DNA of 11,948 bases from a virus. Its lineage: Duplodnaviria; Heunggongvirae; Uroviricota; Caudoviricetes. A program made the translations under genes and the position numbers. The notes under the pieces are model-generated. The model was given only the letters and a program-made list of their open reading frames with translations, searched no databases and was not told the DNA's origin. Position 1 is the stretch's first letter; the number at the start of each line of letters is the position of its first letter. Positions 1-9,511 of this stretch are shown here, one piece after another. Where the stretch lies: the IMG/VR virus record IMGVR_UViG_2645727867_000006; one strand, given 5' to 3'.

Positions 1-1293
<1,293 letters not shown>

Positions 1294-1307
1294 ACAGGGG
1301 GTAAAAC

Positions 1308-2537
1308 GTGAGCAGAGCAATGAACAAACTGAGCGATACCTTGCTAAGGAAACTTCATGGTAAGCCAGCGGAGAAAAACACGTTTTATAGCGATGGCGGA
1401 AATCTGAGCGTGAAATATTTAACATCAGGGAAATTAACCTGGTATTTCACTTACAGGGCAGGAACGGGAAGAGAGACACGACCGGAACGTATTAAGCTGG
1501 GAAATTATCCTGATCTGAGCCTGAAAGCAGCCAGGGAAAAAGCCGCCCAGTGTCGCGCATGGCTGGCGGAGGGGAAAAATCCACGCCATGAGATGAATTA
1601 CGCCGTACAGGAAGCGTTAAAGCCGGTAACGGTTGGCGATGCGCTCACCTACTGGCTTGAGTCGTACGTAAAGGAAAACCGCGTGGATTATATCGCCCTG
1701 AAAAGGCGACTTAATAATCACGTAATACAGCACATTGGTGCTATGCCGCTGGATAAATGCGAGCTACGGCACTGGCTGGCCTGTTTTGACCAGGTGGCAA
1801 AGCGAACGCCTGTTACTGCCGGATTCGTGCTACAGGCGTGCAAACAGGCGCTTAAGTTTTGCCGTAGGCGGCGCTATGCAATCAGCAACGTTCTGGACGA
1901 TCTGAACGTGGCGGACGTTGGGAAAAAACCGGATATAAGCGAACGTGTCTTAAGCACCAAAGAACTGGGCGAGTTATTGCAGGCGCTGGATAAAAAAATA
2001 TTTTCTCCTTACTACGTCGCGTTAATCCGCCTCCTGATTGTCTTCGGAGCCAGGACGGTAGAACTGAGGTTATCGGAGATCAGCGAGTGGGATTTTACCG
2101 AAATGCTATGGACCGTTCCGAAGGAGCACAGCAAAACGAAGGTTGCAATATTCCGGCCCATACCGGAAGCGATCCTGCCGTTCGTCACGCGGCTGGTGGA
2201 GCAGAACAGGCACACGGGCTTATTACTGGGGGAAGTGAAACAGGAGGCTAGCGTATCGCAGTACGGCAGATTAGCGCACAGGAGGCTAAAACACCCTCAA
2301 TGGTCATTGCATGACATCCGGCGCACCTTTACAACGATGCTGAATGATTTGGGCGTGGACCCTCACGTCGTGGAGCAGCTTACAGGTCATCAGATGCCAG
2401 GGATGCAACGAGTCTATAACCACTCCCGTTATCTCGATGCGAAACGTGATGCGCTGGATATGTGGACGGAGCGGTTAGGAATACTGGCGGGAACACATGA
2501 AAACGTAACCACGCTACCAGTAACCAGAATAAAATAA
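1308..2537 (+). CDS. Tyrosine recombinase / phage integrase (P4-type)
   Basis: 409-aa ORF, GTG start with strong RBS (AGGGGG at 1295-1300). C-terminal catalytic signature HDIRRTF...GHQMPGMQRVYNHSRY (R..H..R..Y of tyrosine recombinases). Sits directly at the island junction, transcribed away from it. Confidence 0.9.
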   Translation: MSRAMNKLSDTLLRKLHGKPAEKNTFYSDGGNLSVKYLTSGKLTWYFTYRAGTGRETRPERIKLGNYPDLSLKAAREKAAQCRAWLAEGKNPRHEMNYAVQEALKPVTVGDALTYWLESYVKENRVDYIALKRRLNNHVIQHIGAMPLDKCELRHWLACFDQVAKRTPVTAGFVLQACKQALKFCRRRRYAISNVLDDLNVADVGKKPDISERVLSTKELGELLQALDKKIFSPYYVALIRLLIVFGARTVELRLSEISEWDFTEMLWTVPKEHSKTKVAIFRPIPEAILPFVTRLVEQNRHTGLLLGEVKQEASVSQYGRLAHRRLKHPQWSLHDIRRTFTTMLNDLGVDPHVVEQLTGHQMPGMQRVYNHSRYLDAKRDALDMWTERLGILAGTHENVTTLPVTRIK

Positions 2538-2911
2538 TTTTTTTCGTGTTTTTTCAGTATGCGCATACTGGATAAGTGCACAGATACAACGTGAAACAAT
2601 GTGCAACAACGTGACACAATCACGAACAAGAGGCCAAAAAGAATACAGATTTATAAGTTACTGATTTTTAATGCTCAGCTGGTTTTTTATACATTAGTGA
2701 ATTACGCGTTAAAGCGTGCGAAAAAAGGCATAAAACAAGATTTTATGCCTTTGTATTAACATGAATTTAAATGATTTTATCCTGATTATTCCTCTTTCTG
2801 TAAACCATGCGACACCAACATTTGCCAACTCTGAATCATCCTGACACAATCAGACACATCCCAACGCAATAGAACACGAAATAACTCTTTAAGAAACGAA
2901 AGGGGGCAATA

Positions 2912-3100
2912 GTGTTAAGCACTGATCGGTTTATACGTGAAAAAGAATGCGAAAAGCTAACAGGCCTTAGCCGCTCATGCCGCTACCGCCTGGAAAAGGC
3001 CGGACAATTCCCATCACGTCGTAAACTTGGCGGGCGTTCTGTTGGCTGGTCTTTATCTGAGGTTTTGGCCTGGAAGGATAGCTGCAAGGCAGTTCACTAA
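2912..3100 (+). CDS. alpA: AlpA-family transcriptional regulator / excisionase-like small DNA-binding protein
   Basis: 62-aa ORF, GTG start preceded by AAGGGGG RBS; sequence ...FIREKECEKLTGLSRSCRYRLEKAGQFP...LGGRSVGWSLSEVLAW resembles AlpA/Xis-type HTH proteins; conserved position just downstream of an integrase. Confidence 0.75.
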   Translation: MLSTDRFIREKECEKLTGLSRSCRYRLEKAGQFPSRRKLGGRSVGWSLSEVLAWKDSCKAVH

Positions 3101-3364
3101 AAAGACTGGCGGCACACAGTCGCCACACATCCACTAATACAGAGATATAACCATGAAGATTGAATATGCGCCCGAACGTGGGCGGGGATTCGTTCGCCCT
3201 GGTGAAACTGAAAAACAACAAAATTGGGGTTTTTCAGGCATAAAAAAAGCGGCCCCGATATGGAGCCGCCTTTCTGAACAATTAACCTGCTGCGCCTTAT
3301 GTGTATGTGATCCCAAACATAAGCACGGGAATGATAGCCGCTATCAGGCTGGTGGGCAATGTAA

Positions 3365-3556
3365 TTACCCTTTGGGTTCTATGCCGCGCCGCTTTAGTTC
3401 TGCCCTGGCTAATTCTTTAAACCAGTTACCAAGGGTTAGACCGTCAGAAGTTGCAGCTTCATTTACTTGTTGGCGTAGCTCTTTACTGATTCTGATTTGG
3501 AAGGTTGGAGACCATCCCTCACCGCGTGGCGATTTATCGCGCTTTAATGTTGACAT
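3365..3556 (-). CDS. Ribbon-helix-helix (Arc/CopG-like) DNA-binding protein, probable island repressor
   Basis: 63-aa ORF MSTLKRDKSPRGEGWSPTFQIRISKELRQQVNEAATSDGLTLGNWFKELARAELKRRG: beta-strand (FQIRIS) followed by two helices, as in RHH repressors; divergent from the rightward operon; AGGAG upstream of ATG; start abuts a perfect inverted repeat. Confidence 0.55.
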   Translation of the reverse strand: MSTLKRDKSPRGEGWSPTFQIRISKELRQQVNEAATSDGLTLGNWFKELARAELKRRGIEPKG

Positions 3557-3599
3557 GTACGTACGTAACTCCTATTATCATTTCCGTTACGTACGTACA
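3556..3599. promoter_or_regulatory. Operator: perfect 14-bp inverted repeat TGTACGTACGTAAC-N16-GTTACGTACGTACA in the divergent promoter region
   Basis: Arms at 3556-3569 and 3586-3599 are exact reverse complements; the spacer carries the RBS of the minus-strand RHH gene; lies between the RHH gene and the rightward Icd/replication operon. Confidence 0.6.
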
Positions 3600-3872
3600 A
3601 TATCAGTAGGTACAGTAAAAAGCAAAGCCCCGCAAGTGTCGTTACCACTCGCAGGGCTTCTAACCAACAACGTAAACGAGGAGCCGTTATGGTTGCCGTA
3701 AATCATATACCACACCTTGTACACACACAAACGGCCTTTGTGTGGCGTTTTCTGGCCCTGAATATCGGAGAAAAAAACCAGTTGATCGCCAGTGTCGAAA
3801 ATAGCTATGATTCCCGCGCACCTCATAAAACGGGTGCCGGGATTGGCGTCCTGGGCAAAACTGAAGCGCATA

Positions 3873-3896
3873 ACACGCGCCCCGCGTGTTTTTTTG
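3873..3896 (+). terminator. Intrinsic terminator / attenuator in the leader of the rightward operon
   Basis: ACACGCG-CCC-CGCGTGT stem-loop (3873-3889) followed by T7 run; located inside the first 186-aa ORF of the track, upstream of the Icd-like gene. Confidence 0.6.
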
Positions 3897-4057
3897 TGCC
3901 GCATAGTCACACCTTATCAATGGTGGGCTGTACGGGGGCGGAGCAATCCGCGCCGGTTTCTTCAGTGTCCGGTTACGCCAACCCTGTACAGTCCGCCACC
4001 AGCGAAATTGGCGTTTCCGGTGGCGGTTATCTTAACCACACTGAGGAGGCTGCCAAC

Positions 4058-4249
4058 ATGGCTACTATCCCTACCCTTGTACATTCTCAAACCGCCTTTC
4101 TCTGGCGCTTTATCATCTTTGGCGCGTCAGAACATCAAATCATCCACGTAACCGCCTGGACGGAACGCGAAGCGCGTAGCCGTTGCCCGTCAGGTTGTGT
4201 TGCTGTATTTGCCGCCCGTATTCGTCAGGAGGTGCGCCATGTGCAATGA
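4058..4249 (+). CDS. Small Icd-like protein (putative host cell-division inhibitor family), 63 aa
   Basis: ATG at 4058 preceded by GAGGAGG RBS (4043-4049); product MATIPTLVHSQTAFLWRFIIFGASEHQIIHVTAWTEREARSRCPSGCVAVFAARIRQEVRHVQ; the family assignment is from memory of P4-family satellite small proteins and is not verified. Confidence 0.5.
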   Translation: MATIPTLVHSQTAFLWRFIIFGASEHQIIHVTAWTEREARSRCPSGCVAVFAARIRQEVRHVQ

Positions 4250-4475
4250 CACCCGTCCTGACGCAGCCGCAGAAGCCATCAAAACGCTGATGCACGCGCT
4301 GATTGATATTTCTGTTATCGCAGACAAGGCACATAAGCACGCCACCAGCGAAACAGAATATATCGGGGCTTTCGTTCCTCACTTACTGGCTGTTATGCAA
4401 TTTAGTGCTGATATGGCGCTGAATGAGGACGGCAAAATTCTTACCGCAGATATTCAGGGAGTGCACCATGCATGA
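4239..4475 (+). CDS. Hypothetical protein (78 aa), translationally coupled
   Basis: ATG at 4239 with CAGGAGG RBS; overlaps stop of upstream gene; no recognisable motif. Confidence 0.45.
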   Translation: MCNDTRPDAAAEAIKTLMHALIDISVIADKAHKHATSETEYIGAFVPHLLAVMQFSADMALNEDGKILTADIQGVHHA

Positions 4476-4695
4476 TGACCGTTATTTTAAATCAATGAGC
4501 CATGCAGAAAATGCACTGACTAACAGTGAATGTTTGCGGCAAATATTGCTTATCTGGCTTGATGGTTTAAGTGATGCGCCGGAAGATGAACGTGAATCTA
4601 ATCTTGCTGGTGCGTTTATTTCATTACTCGATACGGTAATCGTCGAATTAAATAAAGCGATCGAAATTCACGATAAAAAAATAAACGCGGAATAA
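4468..4695 (+). CDS. Hypothetical acidic protein (75 aa), translationally coupled
   Basis: ATG at 4468 within ATGCATGA overlap with upstream stop; CAGGGAG RBS; no recognisable motif. Confidence 0.45.
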   Translation: MHDDRYFKSMSHAENALTNSECLRQILLIWLDGLSDAPEDERESNLAGAFISLLDTVIVELNKAIEIHDKKINAE

Positions 4696-4700
4696 AAAAC

Positions 4701-5015
4701 ATGAAACAGAAAAATTCTGGCTTTACTGCCAGTGGCCCCGCTCGGCCTGAAAGCCGCCCCGGCGATATTTTCCGGGATAAATACGGAAGTCAGATAACGG
4801 TAAAAACGGTGAGTGCTTATCGGGTGACATATATCCGCGAAGGTTATGCGCATCCCTGCGTGTCGTCACATATGCGCTTTGAGAGTGAATTTACCCTGGT
4901 AAGCAAAGCACCACCAGCGGACTTAAGCGACATCGACAGAATCATGCGCATTACAGGTATGGAACGCATTAAGGCAGTACGTGAAATTATTCGTGAGCGG
5001 GGAAAGGCAAAATGA
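4701..5015 (+). CDS. Hypothetical protein (104 aa)
   Basis: ORF MKQKNSGFTASGPARPESRPGDIFRDKYG...; stop overlaps start of the replication gene (ATGA). Confidence 0.5.
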   Translation: MKQKNSGFTASGPARPESRPGDIFRDKYGSQITVKTVSAYRVTYIREGYAHPCVSSHMRFESEFTLVSKAPPADLSDIDRIMRITGMERIKAVREIIRERGKAK

Positions 5016-7144
5016 AACTGGCACCAAACGTAAAACTGTTACCGAAAGATAAAGGCGAGGATGCAGTGATTTTTGCAGGGGATGACGCATACAGCCATGT
5101 AGAGCATTACATGCAGGGCGGAGAAGCCAGAAAGCGCGGAGACAAAATACCACCTGTTTATCTCGGGCGGCGTGACCTGGGTAACCTGGAAAACCTGCGT
5201 ATTGTGGATGATGGTCGGTCACGCGCCATCGTCAGACGTGCCGGAAAACTGGATGACAAACTGGCGCTACAGATTGAAACCCTGCTGGCAGTGGCAGGTG
5301 TTAAGGAAGCCTGTTTTTGTGACGAGAACGGCGATTTACTGGAGGACTGGACGCCGCAGCTTGCCCGGCTGAAAGACGAATACGAGCGCGGGGAAAGTCT
5401 TGTGTTGCCCTTAAAGAAAAAAGCCACCACAAGCCCGGGTGATGATGAATTAAAGCCCCGCGTTGAAAGCCGCGCCGATGGTGTTTTCTGGGTAACGCCC
5501 AAAGTGGATAAGCAGTCAGGCGAAATTATCCGGCCTGAGACGTGGTTATGTTCCCCGCTTGAACTACTGGGAACGGGGACAATCGGCAAAGAGCATTACC
5601 GCGTGATGCGCTGGAAAAAACCAGCAAATCATGAAGTCATCACAATGGCGGTTCCGTGCGGTGGCATTGGCGACCGTGACGGCTGGCGGCTACTGAAAGA
5701 CCACGGACTGAACGTAACAACTAACGGCAAATACAGGGCTATCCTGGCTGACTGGATGCAGTTAAGCGGAAGCCATGAGGAATGGCAGTTAAGCACAACA
5801 ACGGGCTGGCATTTTGGCGCGTACATCATGCCGGACGGTTCGATCATTGGTGATTCTGAAAAACCGATCCTGTTTACCGGAAAAAGCGCCGCGATTAACG
5901 GTTATTCCGTGGCGGGTACGGCGGAGGGCTGGCGCGAGAGTGTGGCGCGACTGGCTGGCGGTAATGCCTCAATGATGCTGGGTGTGGCAACGTCACTGGC
6001 AGCGCCTTTAATTGGCCTTGTGGGTGCTGACGGCTTCGGGGTGCATCTTTTCGAACAGTCATCGGCAGGTAAGACCACCACGCAGAACATCGCATCAAGT
6101 TTATGGGGAGAGCCGGACGCGCAGCGGCTGACCTGGTACGGCACGGCGTTAGGTATTGCCAATGAGGCCGAGGCCCATAATGACGGGCTTTTACCACTGG
6201 ATGAGATAGGCCAGGCCGGAAATGCGCGGGAAGTGTCAACGTCTGCTTATACGCTGTTTAACGGTTCAGGGAAATTACAGGGGGCGAAGGACGGCGGCAA
6301 CAGGGAGATAAAACACTGGCGAACGGTGGCAATCAGCACCGGAGAAATGGACGTTGAAACGTTCCTCAAAACGGAGGGGATAAAGGTTAAGGCAGGACAG
6401 CTTGTCCGTCTGCTTAACGTGCCGATGGAAAAAGCCACGCAGTTTCACGAATACAGCACCGGAAAGGCGCACGCAGACGCGTTAAAAGATGCCTGGACAG
6501 AAAATCACGGGGCGGCGGGGCGTGAGTGGGTTAAATGGCTGGCAGACCACCAGCAGGAGACAAAGGACACGGTAAGGGCATGCCGTGAACGGTGGCGCAA
6601 CCTGATACCGGAGAGCTACGGCGAGCAGGTCCACCGCGTGGGTGAGCGTTTCGCCATACTGGAGGCCGCACTTGTGCTTTCCGGTCATGTGACTGGCTGG
6701 GATGAGCAGGAATGCCGTGATGCCATTCAGCATAATTTTAATGCCTGGGTGAAAGAGTTCGGTACGGGCAACAGGGAACACAGGCAGATTATTGAACAGG
6801 CTGAGGCGTTTCTTGCGGCCTATGGCCTGAGCAGGTTCGCCCCTGTCAATTATGACCCTGCCAGCCTGCCGATTTCAGAACTGTACGGCTACAGGGAAAG
6901 CGACGGGCGTTATGACGAGCCTGTTTTGTTTTACGTGCTGCCGGAGCCGTTTAGCTCACATGTGGCGAAGGGATTTAACAAGGATGCCGTAGCAAAGACC
7001 CTTCATGAAGCCGGAATGCTGAGAAAACCAGCCAGCGGGCGGGGATGGCAAATCAGGACACCACGACTAAAACACCTGAAAGGGGCGCGGCTAAGAGTGT
7101 ATGGCCTTTTGCTGACGCAGGACCACGATGCTGAAAATGATTAA
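5012..7144 (+). CDS. Replication protein: primase/helicase-like P-loop NTPase (DUF927-type satellite Pri-Rep)
   Basis: 710-aa ORF; deviant Walker A SSAGKTTT (~nt 6059-6080) and Walker B LLPLDEIG about 40 residues downstream; large N-terminal domain; immediately followed by an iteron array, as for satellite/P4 replication proteins and their origins. Confidence 0.75.
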   Translation: MKLAPNVKLLPKDKGEDAVIFAGDDAYSHVEHYMQGGEARKRGDKIPPVYLGRRDLGNLENLRIVDDGRSRAIVRRAGKLDDKLALQIETLLAVAGVKEACFCDENGDLLEDWTPQLARLKDEYERGESLVLPLKKKATTSPGDDELKPRVESRADGVFWVTPKVDKQSGEIIRPETWLCSPLELLGTGTIGKEHYRVMRWKKPANHEVITMAVPCGGIGDRDGWRLLKDHGLNVTTNGKYRAILADWMQLSGSHEEWQLSTTTGWHFGAYIMPDGSIIGDSEKPILFTGKSAAINGYSVAGTAEGWRESVARLAGGNASMMLGVATSLAAPLIGLVGADGFGVHLFEQSSAGKTTTQNIASSLWGEPDAQRLTWYGTALGIANEAEAHNDGLLPLDEIGQAGNAREVSTSAYTLFNGSGKLQGAKDGGNREIKHWRTVAISTGEMDVETFLKTEGIKVKAGQLVRLLNVPMEKATQFHEYSTGKAHADALKDAWTENHGAAGREWVKWLADHQQETKDTVRACRERWRNLIPESYGEQVHRVGERFAILEAALVLSGHVTGWDEQECRDAIQHNFNAWVKEFGTGNREHRQIIEQAEAFLAAYGLSRFAPVNYDPASLPISELYGYRESDGRYDEPVLFYVLPEPFSSHVAKGFNKDAVAKTLHEAGMLRKPASGRGWQIRTPRLKHLKGARLRVYGLLLTQDHDAEND

Positions 7145-7169
7145 TCTCGCGTGTAGGAGGTAAAAATAT

Positions 7170-7459
7170 GTTGTCCCAGTCGTCCCAGTAAGCAACAAGC
7201 AATCGTAACACATTGAATTACATAAATTTCACTTACAAAAAGTGGGACAACAGCGGGACAACATTCAGGCATTTTGGGACAACATAGCGGCATTTTGGGA
7301 CGACACGACACGTATTTTTTACCGTGCTGGAGGGTGGGACAACACAAAAACCCTCATGTCGTCCCAAAATCGCCTTATGTCGTCCCACTTTGTGGAGTAT
7401 GTTTTTAATAAAATCAACAGGTTAACATTAAGTGGGACAACCGGGACAACTGGGACGAC
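7170..7459. repeat. Iteron array, putative origin of replication (>=12 copies of GGGAC[A/G]AC in both orientations)
   Basis: Copies at ~7170-7178(-), 7179-7187(-), 7243-7251, 7254-7262, 7275-7283, 7296-7304, 7335-7343, 7358-7366(-), 7379-7387(-), 7433-7441, 7442-7450, 7451-7459; extended form CATTTTGGGAC(A/G)AC repeated at 21-bp spacing; AT-rich tract at 7400-7425. Confidence 0.75.
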
Positions 7460-7497
7460 GTGTTTTGTATATATACGAAAAAATCGAGATCTGAACT

Positions 7498-7746
7498 ATG
7501 AAGTTAAACCGCAAACAACCACACTACCGCGCCATTGACCTTACAGAGCACTGGCTGAGAGTGGCGATAAAAATCATCGACCGCAACACGGTGGAAGGAT
7601 ACGCGAAAGCACATCCCGAACTGATAAGCGCATTCATGACCACAGCGGCGGCAAACTTTGCCACGCTGACAGAACGGGAGATTGCCGAAGCGGAACAGGT
7701 AACAACCATCAACGTAAAAACCGGAGAGTCAGGCGATGATACATGA
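7498..7746 (+). CDS. Hypothetical protein (82 aa)
   Basis: ORF directly after the iterons; stop overlaps the start of the downstream PerC-like gene; weak RBS. Confidence 0.4.
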   Translation: MKLNRKQPHYRAIDLTEHWLRVAIKIIDRNTVEGYAKAHPELISAFMTTAAANFATLTEREIAEAEQVTTINVKTGESGDDT

Positions 7747-7984
7747 CCGCATAGCGGAGGAACTCGAGGCGAAAGGATTTTACCGGAGGGCGGCGGCGCG
7801 ATGGGGTGAAGTCATGCAGCTGGTGGAGACAGACAAGGAACGGCATCAGGTTACGATGCGACGGCTGGAATGTTCCAGGAAGGCACAGAGGCCACCGGAG
7901 CCGCCAACGGAGAACTATGCAGACCTGAGAAATGCAGTAAATCGCACTTACGCAGACATGGGGCTGAGCAAATTAGCAGAGTAG
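7736..7984 (+). CDS. PerC-family-like transcriptional regulator (82 aa)
   Basis: N-terminus MIHDRIAEELEAKGFYRRAAARWGEVM matches the conserved N-terminal signature I recall for PerC-family activators; followed by two intrinsic terminators. Confidence 0.55.
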   Translation: MIHDRIAEELEAKGFYRRAAARWGEVMQLVETDKERHQVTMRRLECSRKAQRPPEPPTENYADLRNAVNRTYADMGLSKLAE

Positions 7985-8006
7985 GAATACCAGAACCACA
8001 CCACAC

Positions 8007-8029
8007 AGCCGGAGCAATCCGGCTTTTTT
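8007..8029 (+). terminator. Intrinsic terminator (GCCGGA-GCAA-UCCGGC + T6)
   Basis: Hairpin with GCAA tetraloop followed by TTTTTT, 23 nt after the PerC-like stop. Confidence 0.65.
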
Positions 8030-8042
8030 GCGCCCAAAAAAA

Positions 8043-8077
8043 GCCCGATAAGGTCAGAGGTGGCTTATCGGGCTTTT
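8043..8077. terminator. Second hairpin, possible bidirectional terminator
   Basis: GCCCGATAAG ... CTTATCGGGC stem flanked by A7 upstream and T4 downstream. Confidence 0.5.
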
Positions 8078-8099
8078 GCATATGAGGCTTTTTGGTGCA

Positions 8100-8238
8100 C
8101 TGACACACATGATCGGGATAATCATTTCATAATTTGCAATACAACTCAATATCATTGCACAAAATGCAATCATAATTATAATCATAACTGGATGAACATA
8201 CAGTTATGATTTTTTAAGTCAAAGAGGAATTTCTTACT
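8100..8238 (+). promoter_or_regulatory. AT-rich promoter/operator region of the capsid operon
   Basis: Repeated TGCAAT/ATTGCA motifs (8134-8173) and inverted repeat CATAACTG-N10-CAGTTATG (8183-8208) upstream of the AAGAGG RBS at 8222. Confidence 0.4.
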
Positions 8239-8445
8239 ATGGCTGAAGAGAAAAAAGGCGGTGTTTCGGTGTACATAAGCCCCGACATCGTGAAGGCGCT
8301 CAAGGAACGCCACCAGCAGAACGTAAAAGCAGGCATTGCGGCAGGACTTGATCCGCTGGCGATGGTTGAGCCGTCAACAGGCTGGCAGGTACGCGCCTAT
8401 TTACGCGCGGCGCTGGGTATGAATCAGGTTCACGGGGGTGAATAA
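8239..8445 (+). CDS. Hypothetical small protein (68 aa) coupled to the capsid gene
   Basis: Good RBS (AAGAGGAA); stop overlaps the capsid ATG (TAATG); first gene of the head operon. Confidence 0.55.
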   Translation: MAEEKKGGVSVYISPDIVKALKERHQQNVKAGIAAGLDPLAMVEPSTGWQVRAYLRAALGMNQVHGGE

Positions 8446-9500
8446 TGACAGGCAAAGCAACAGCACTTACCACTAATCAGCTTTTCACGTACCTGAATCG
8501 CGGGGATATTGCGGAATTTAAATTCAGTCCGCTGTTTACCACGCTGTTTTTCCCGAACGTGGCGACATTCAGCACCCAAAACATCATGCTGGATACCCTG
8601 GACATTGAAGAAGTCACCATGTCGGCGTTTTGTTCGCCTATGGTTGGCAGCCAGGTCCAGCGCGATAAAGGGTACGAAACCAGCACGATTAAACCAGGCT
8701 ACATGAAGCCAAAGCACGAAATCGATCCAACAAAAACCATCATGCGCATGGCTGGAGAAGATCCGGCACAGCTTAACGACCCTACCTACCGACGTATGCG
8801 CCTTATTACTGGCAACATGCGCCGCCAGATAAACGCCATTAAAGCGCGCGTGGAATGGCTGGCGGTGAATGCGATAACGACCGGAAAAAACATCATTGAG
8901 GGCGAAGGCATAGAACGCTATGAAATCGACTGGAAAATACCGGAAAACTGCATCATAGAGCAGGCCAAGGGTAAAAAATGGTCCGAGCATGATAAAGATA
9001 TTTACGATCCAATCTATGACATCGAACTATACGCAGATCAGGCAGGTTGCCCCGCCAACGTCATGATTATGGGCGCTGAGGTATGGCGCACGTTACGCAG
9101 CTTTAAAAAATTCCGCGAACTGTACGATCTTTCCCGTGGTTCAGAATCCGCCGCAGAACTGGCCTGTAAAAACCTGGGTGAAGTAGTGAGCTTTAAAGGC
9201 TATCTGGGCGATATTGCCCTTATCGTCTATTCCGGCAAATACACTGACAGCGACGGTACCGAAAAATATTTCCTTGAGCCTGATTTGCTGGTCCTGGGTA
9301 ACACCAACAACAAAGGGCTGGTGGCCTATGGTGCGATTATGGATCAGGAAGCTGTAAGAACAGGCGCAACGCAAAACATGTACTACCCGAAAAACTGGAT
9401 TGAGGACGGCGATCCGGCGATTGAGTACGTGCAGACGCACAGCGCACCGCAGCCGGTACCGGCAGACATTCGCAAATTTGTTACCGTCAAAATTGGTTAA
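8445..9500 (+). CDS. Major capsid protein, lambda gpE family
   Basis: 351-aa product shares colinear blocks with recalled lambda gpE (341 aa): FKFSPLFTTLFF / FKFDPLFLRLFF; PGYMKPKHEIDP / PGYVKPKHEVNP; EDPAQLNDPTYRRMRL / EDPQNLADPAYRRRRI; VSFKGYLGDIALIVYSGKY...LVLGNT / VSYKGMYGDVAIVVYSGQY...MVLGNT; YYPKNWIEDGDPA / RYPKNWVTTGDPA. Confidence 0.9.
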   Translation: MTGKATALTTNQLFTYLNRGDIAEFKFSPLFTTLFFPNVATFSTQNIMLDTLDIEEVTMSAFCSPMVGSQVQRDKGYETSTIKPGYMKPKHEIDPTKTIMRMAGEDPAQLNDPTYRRMRLITGNMRRQINAIKARVEWLAVNAITTGKNIIEGEGIERYEIDWKIPENCIIEQAKGKKWSEHDKDIYDPIYDIELYADQAGCPANVMIMGAEVWRTLRSFKKFRELYDLSRGSESAAELACKNLGEVVSFKGYLGDIALIVYSGKYTDSDGTEKYFLEPDLLVLGNTNNKGLVAYGAIMDQEAVRTGATQNMYYPKNWIEDGDPAIEYVQTHSAPQPVPADIRKFVTVKIG

Positions 9501-9511
9501 CTGGGGATTCT

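Noticed and set aside
3153..3701. 182-aa + strand ORF
   Set aside because: Antisense to the well-supported RHH gene and spans its operator and promoter; weak start context; implausible composition.
3689..4249. Single 186-aa ORF on the + strand
   Set aside because: Contains a strong intrinsic terminator at 3873-3896, a low-complexity middle section and an internal strong RBS/ATG at 4058; better explained as a leader followed by a 63-aa Icd-like gene.
4423..4695. Longer 90-aa version of the third small ORF starting at 4423
   Set aside because: The upstream start lies deep inside the preceding gene without an RBS; ATG at 4468 has a proper RBS and a coupled ATGCATGA overlap.
5895..6781. Several 60-115-aa minus-strand ORFs inside the primase/helicase gene
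   Set aside because: All lie antisense within a long, motif-supported coding region; Pro/Arg-rich translations typical of antisense frames.
7170..7459. Possible CRISPR array
   Set aside because: The repeats are 8-14 bp in both orientations with irregular short spacing and no uniform spacers; this is iteron architecture, not CRISPR.
7242..7538. 98-aa ORF across the iteron region
   Set aside because: The reading frame is an artefact of the repeated GGGACAAC iterons; translation is repetitive (GTTGTT...) and there is no RBS.
8430..8990. 186-aa minus-strand ORF
   Set aside because: Antisense shadow of the strongly supported gpE-like capsid gene.
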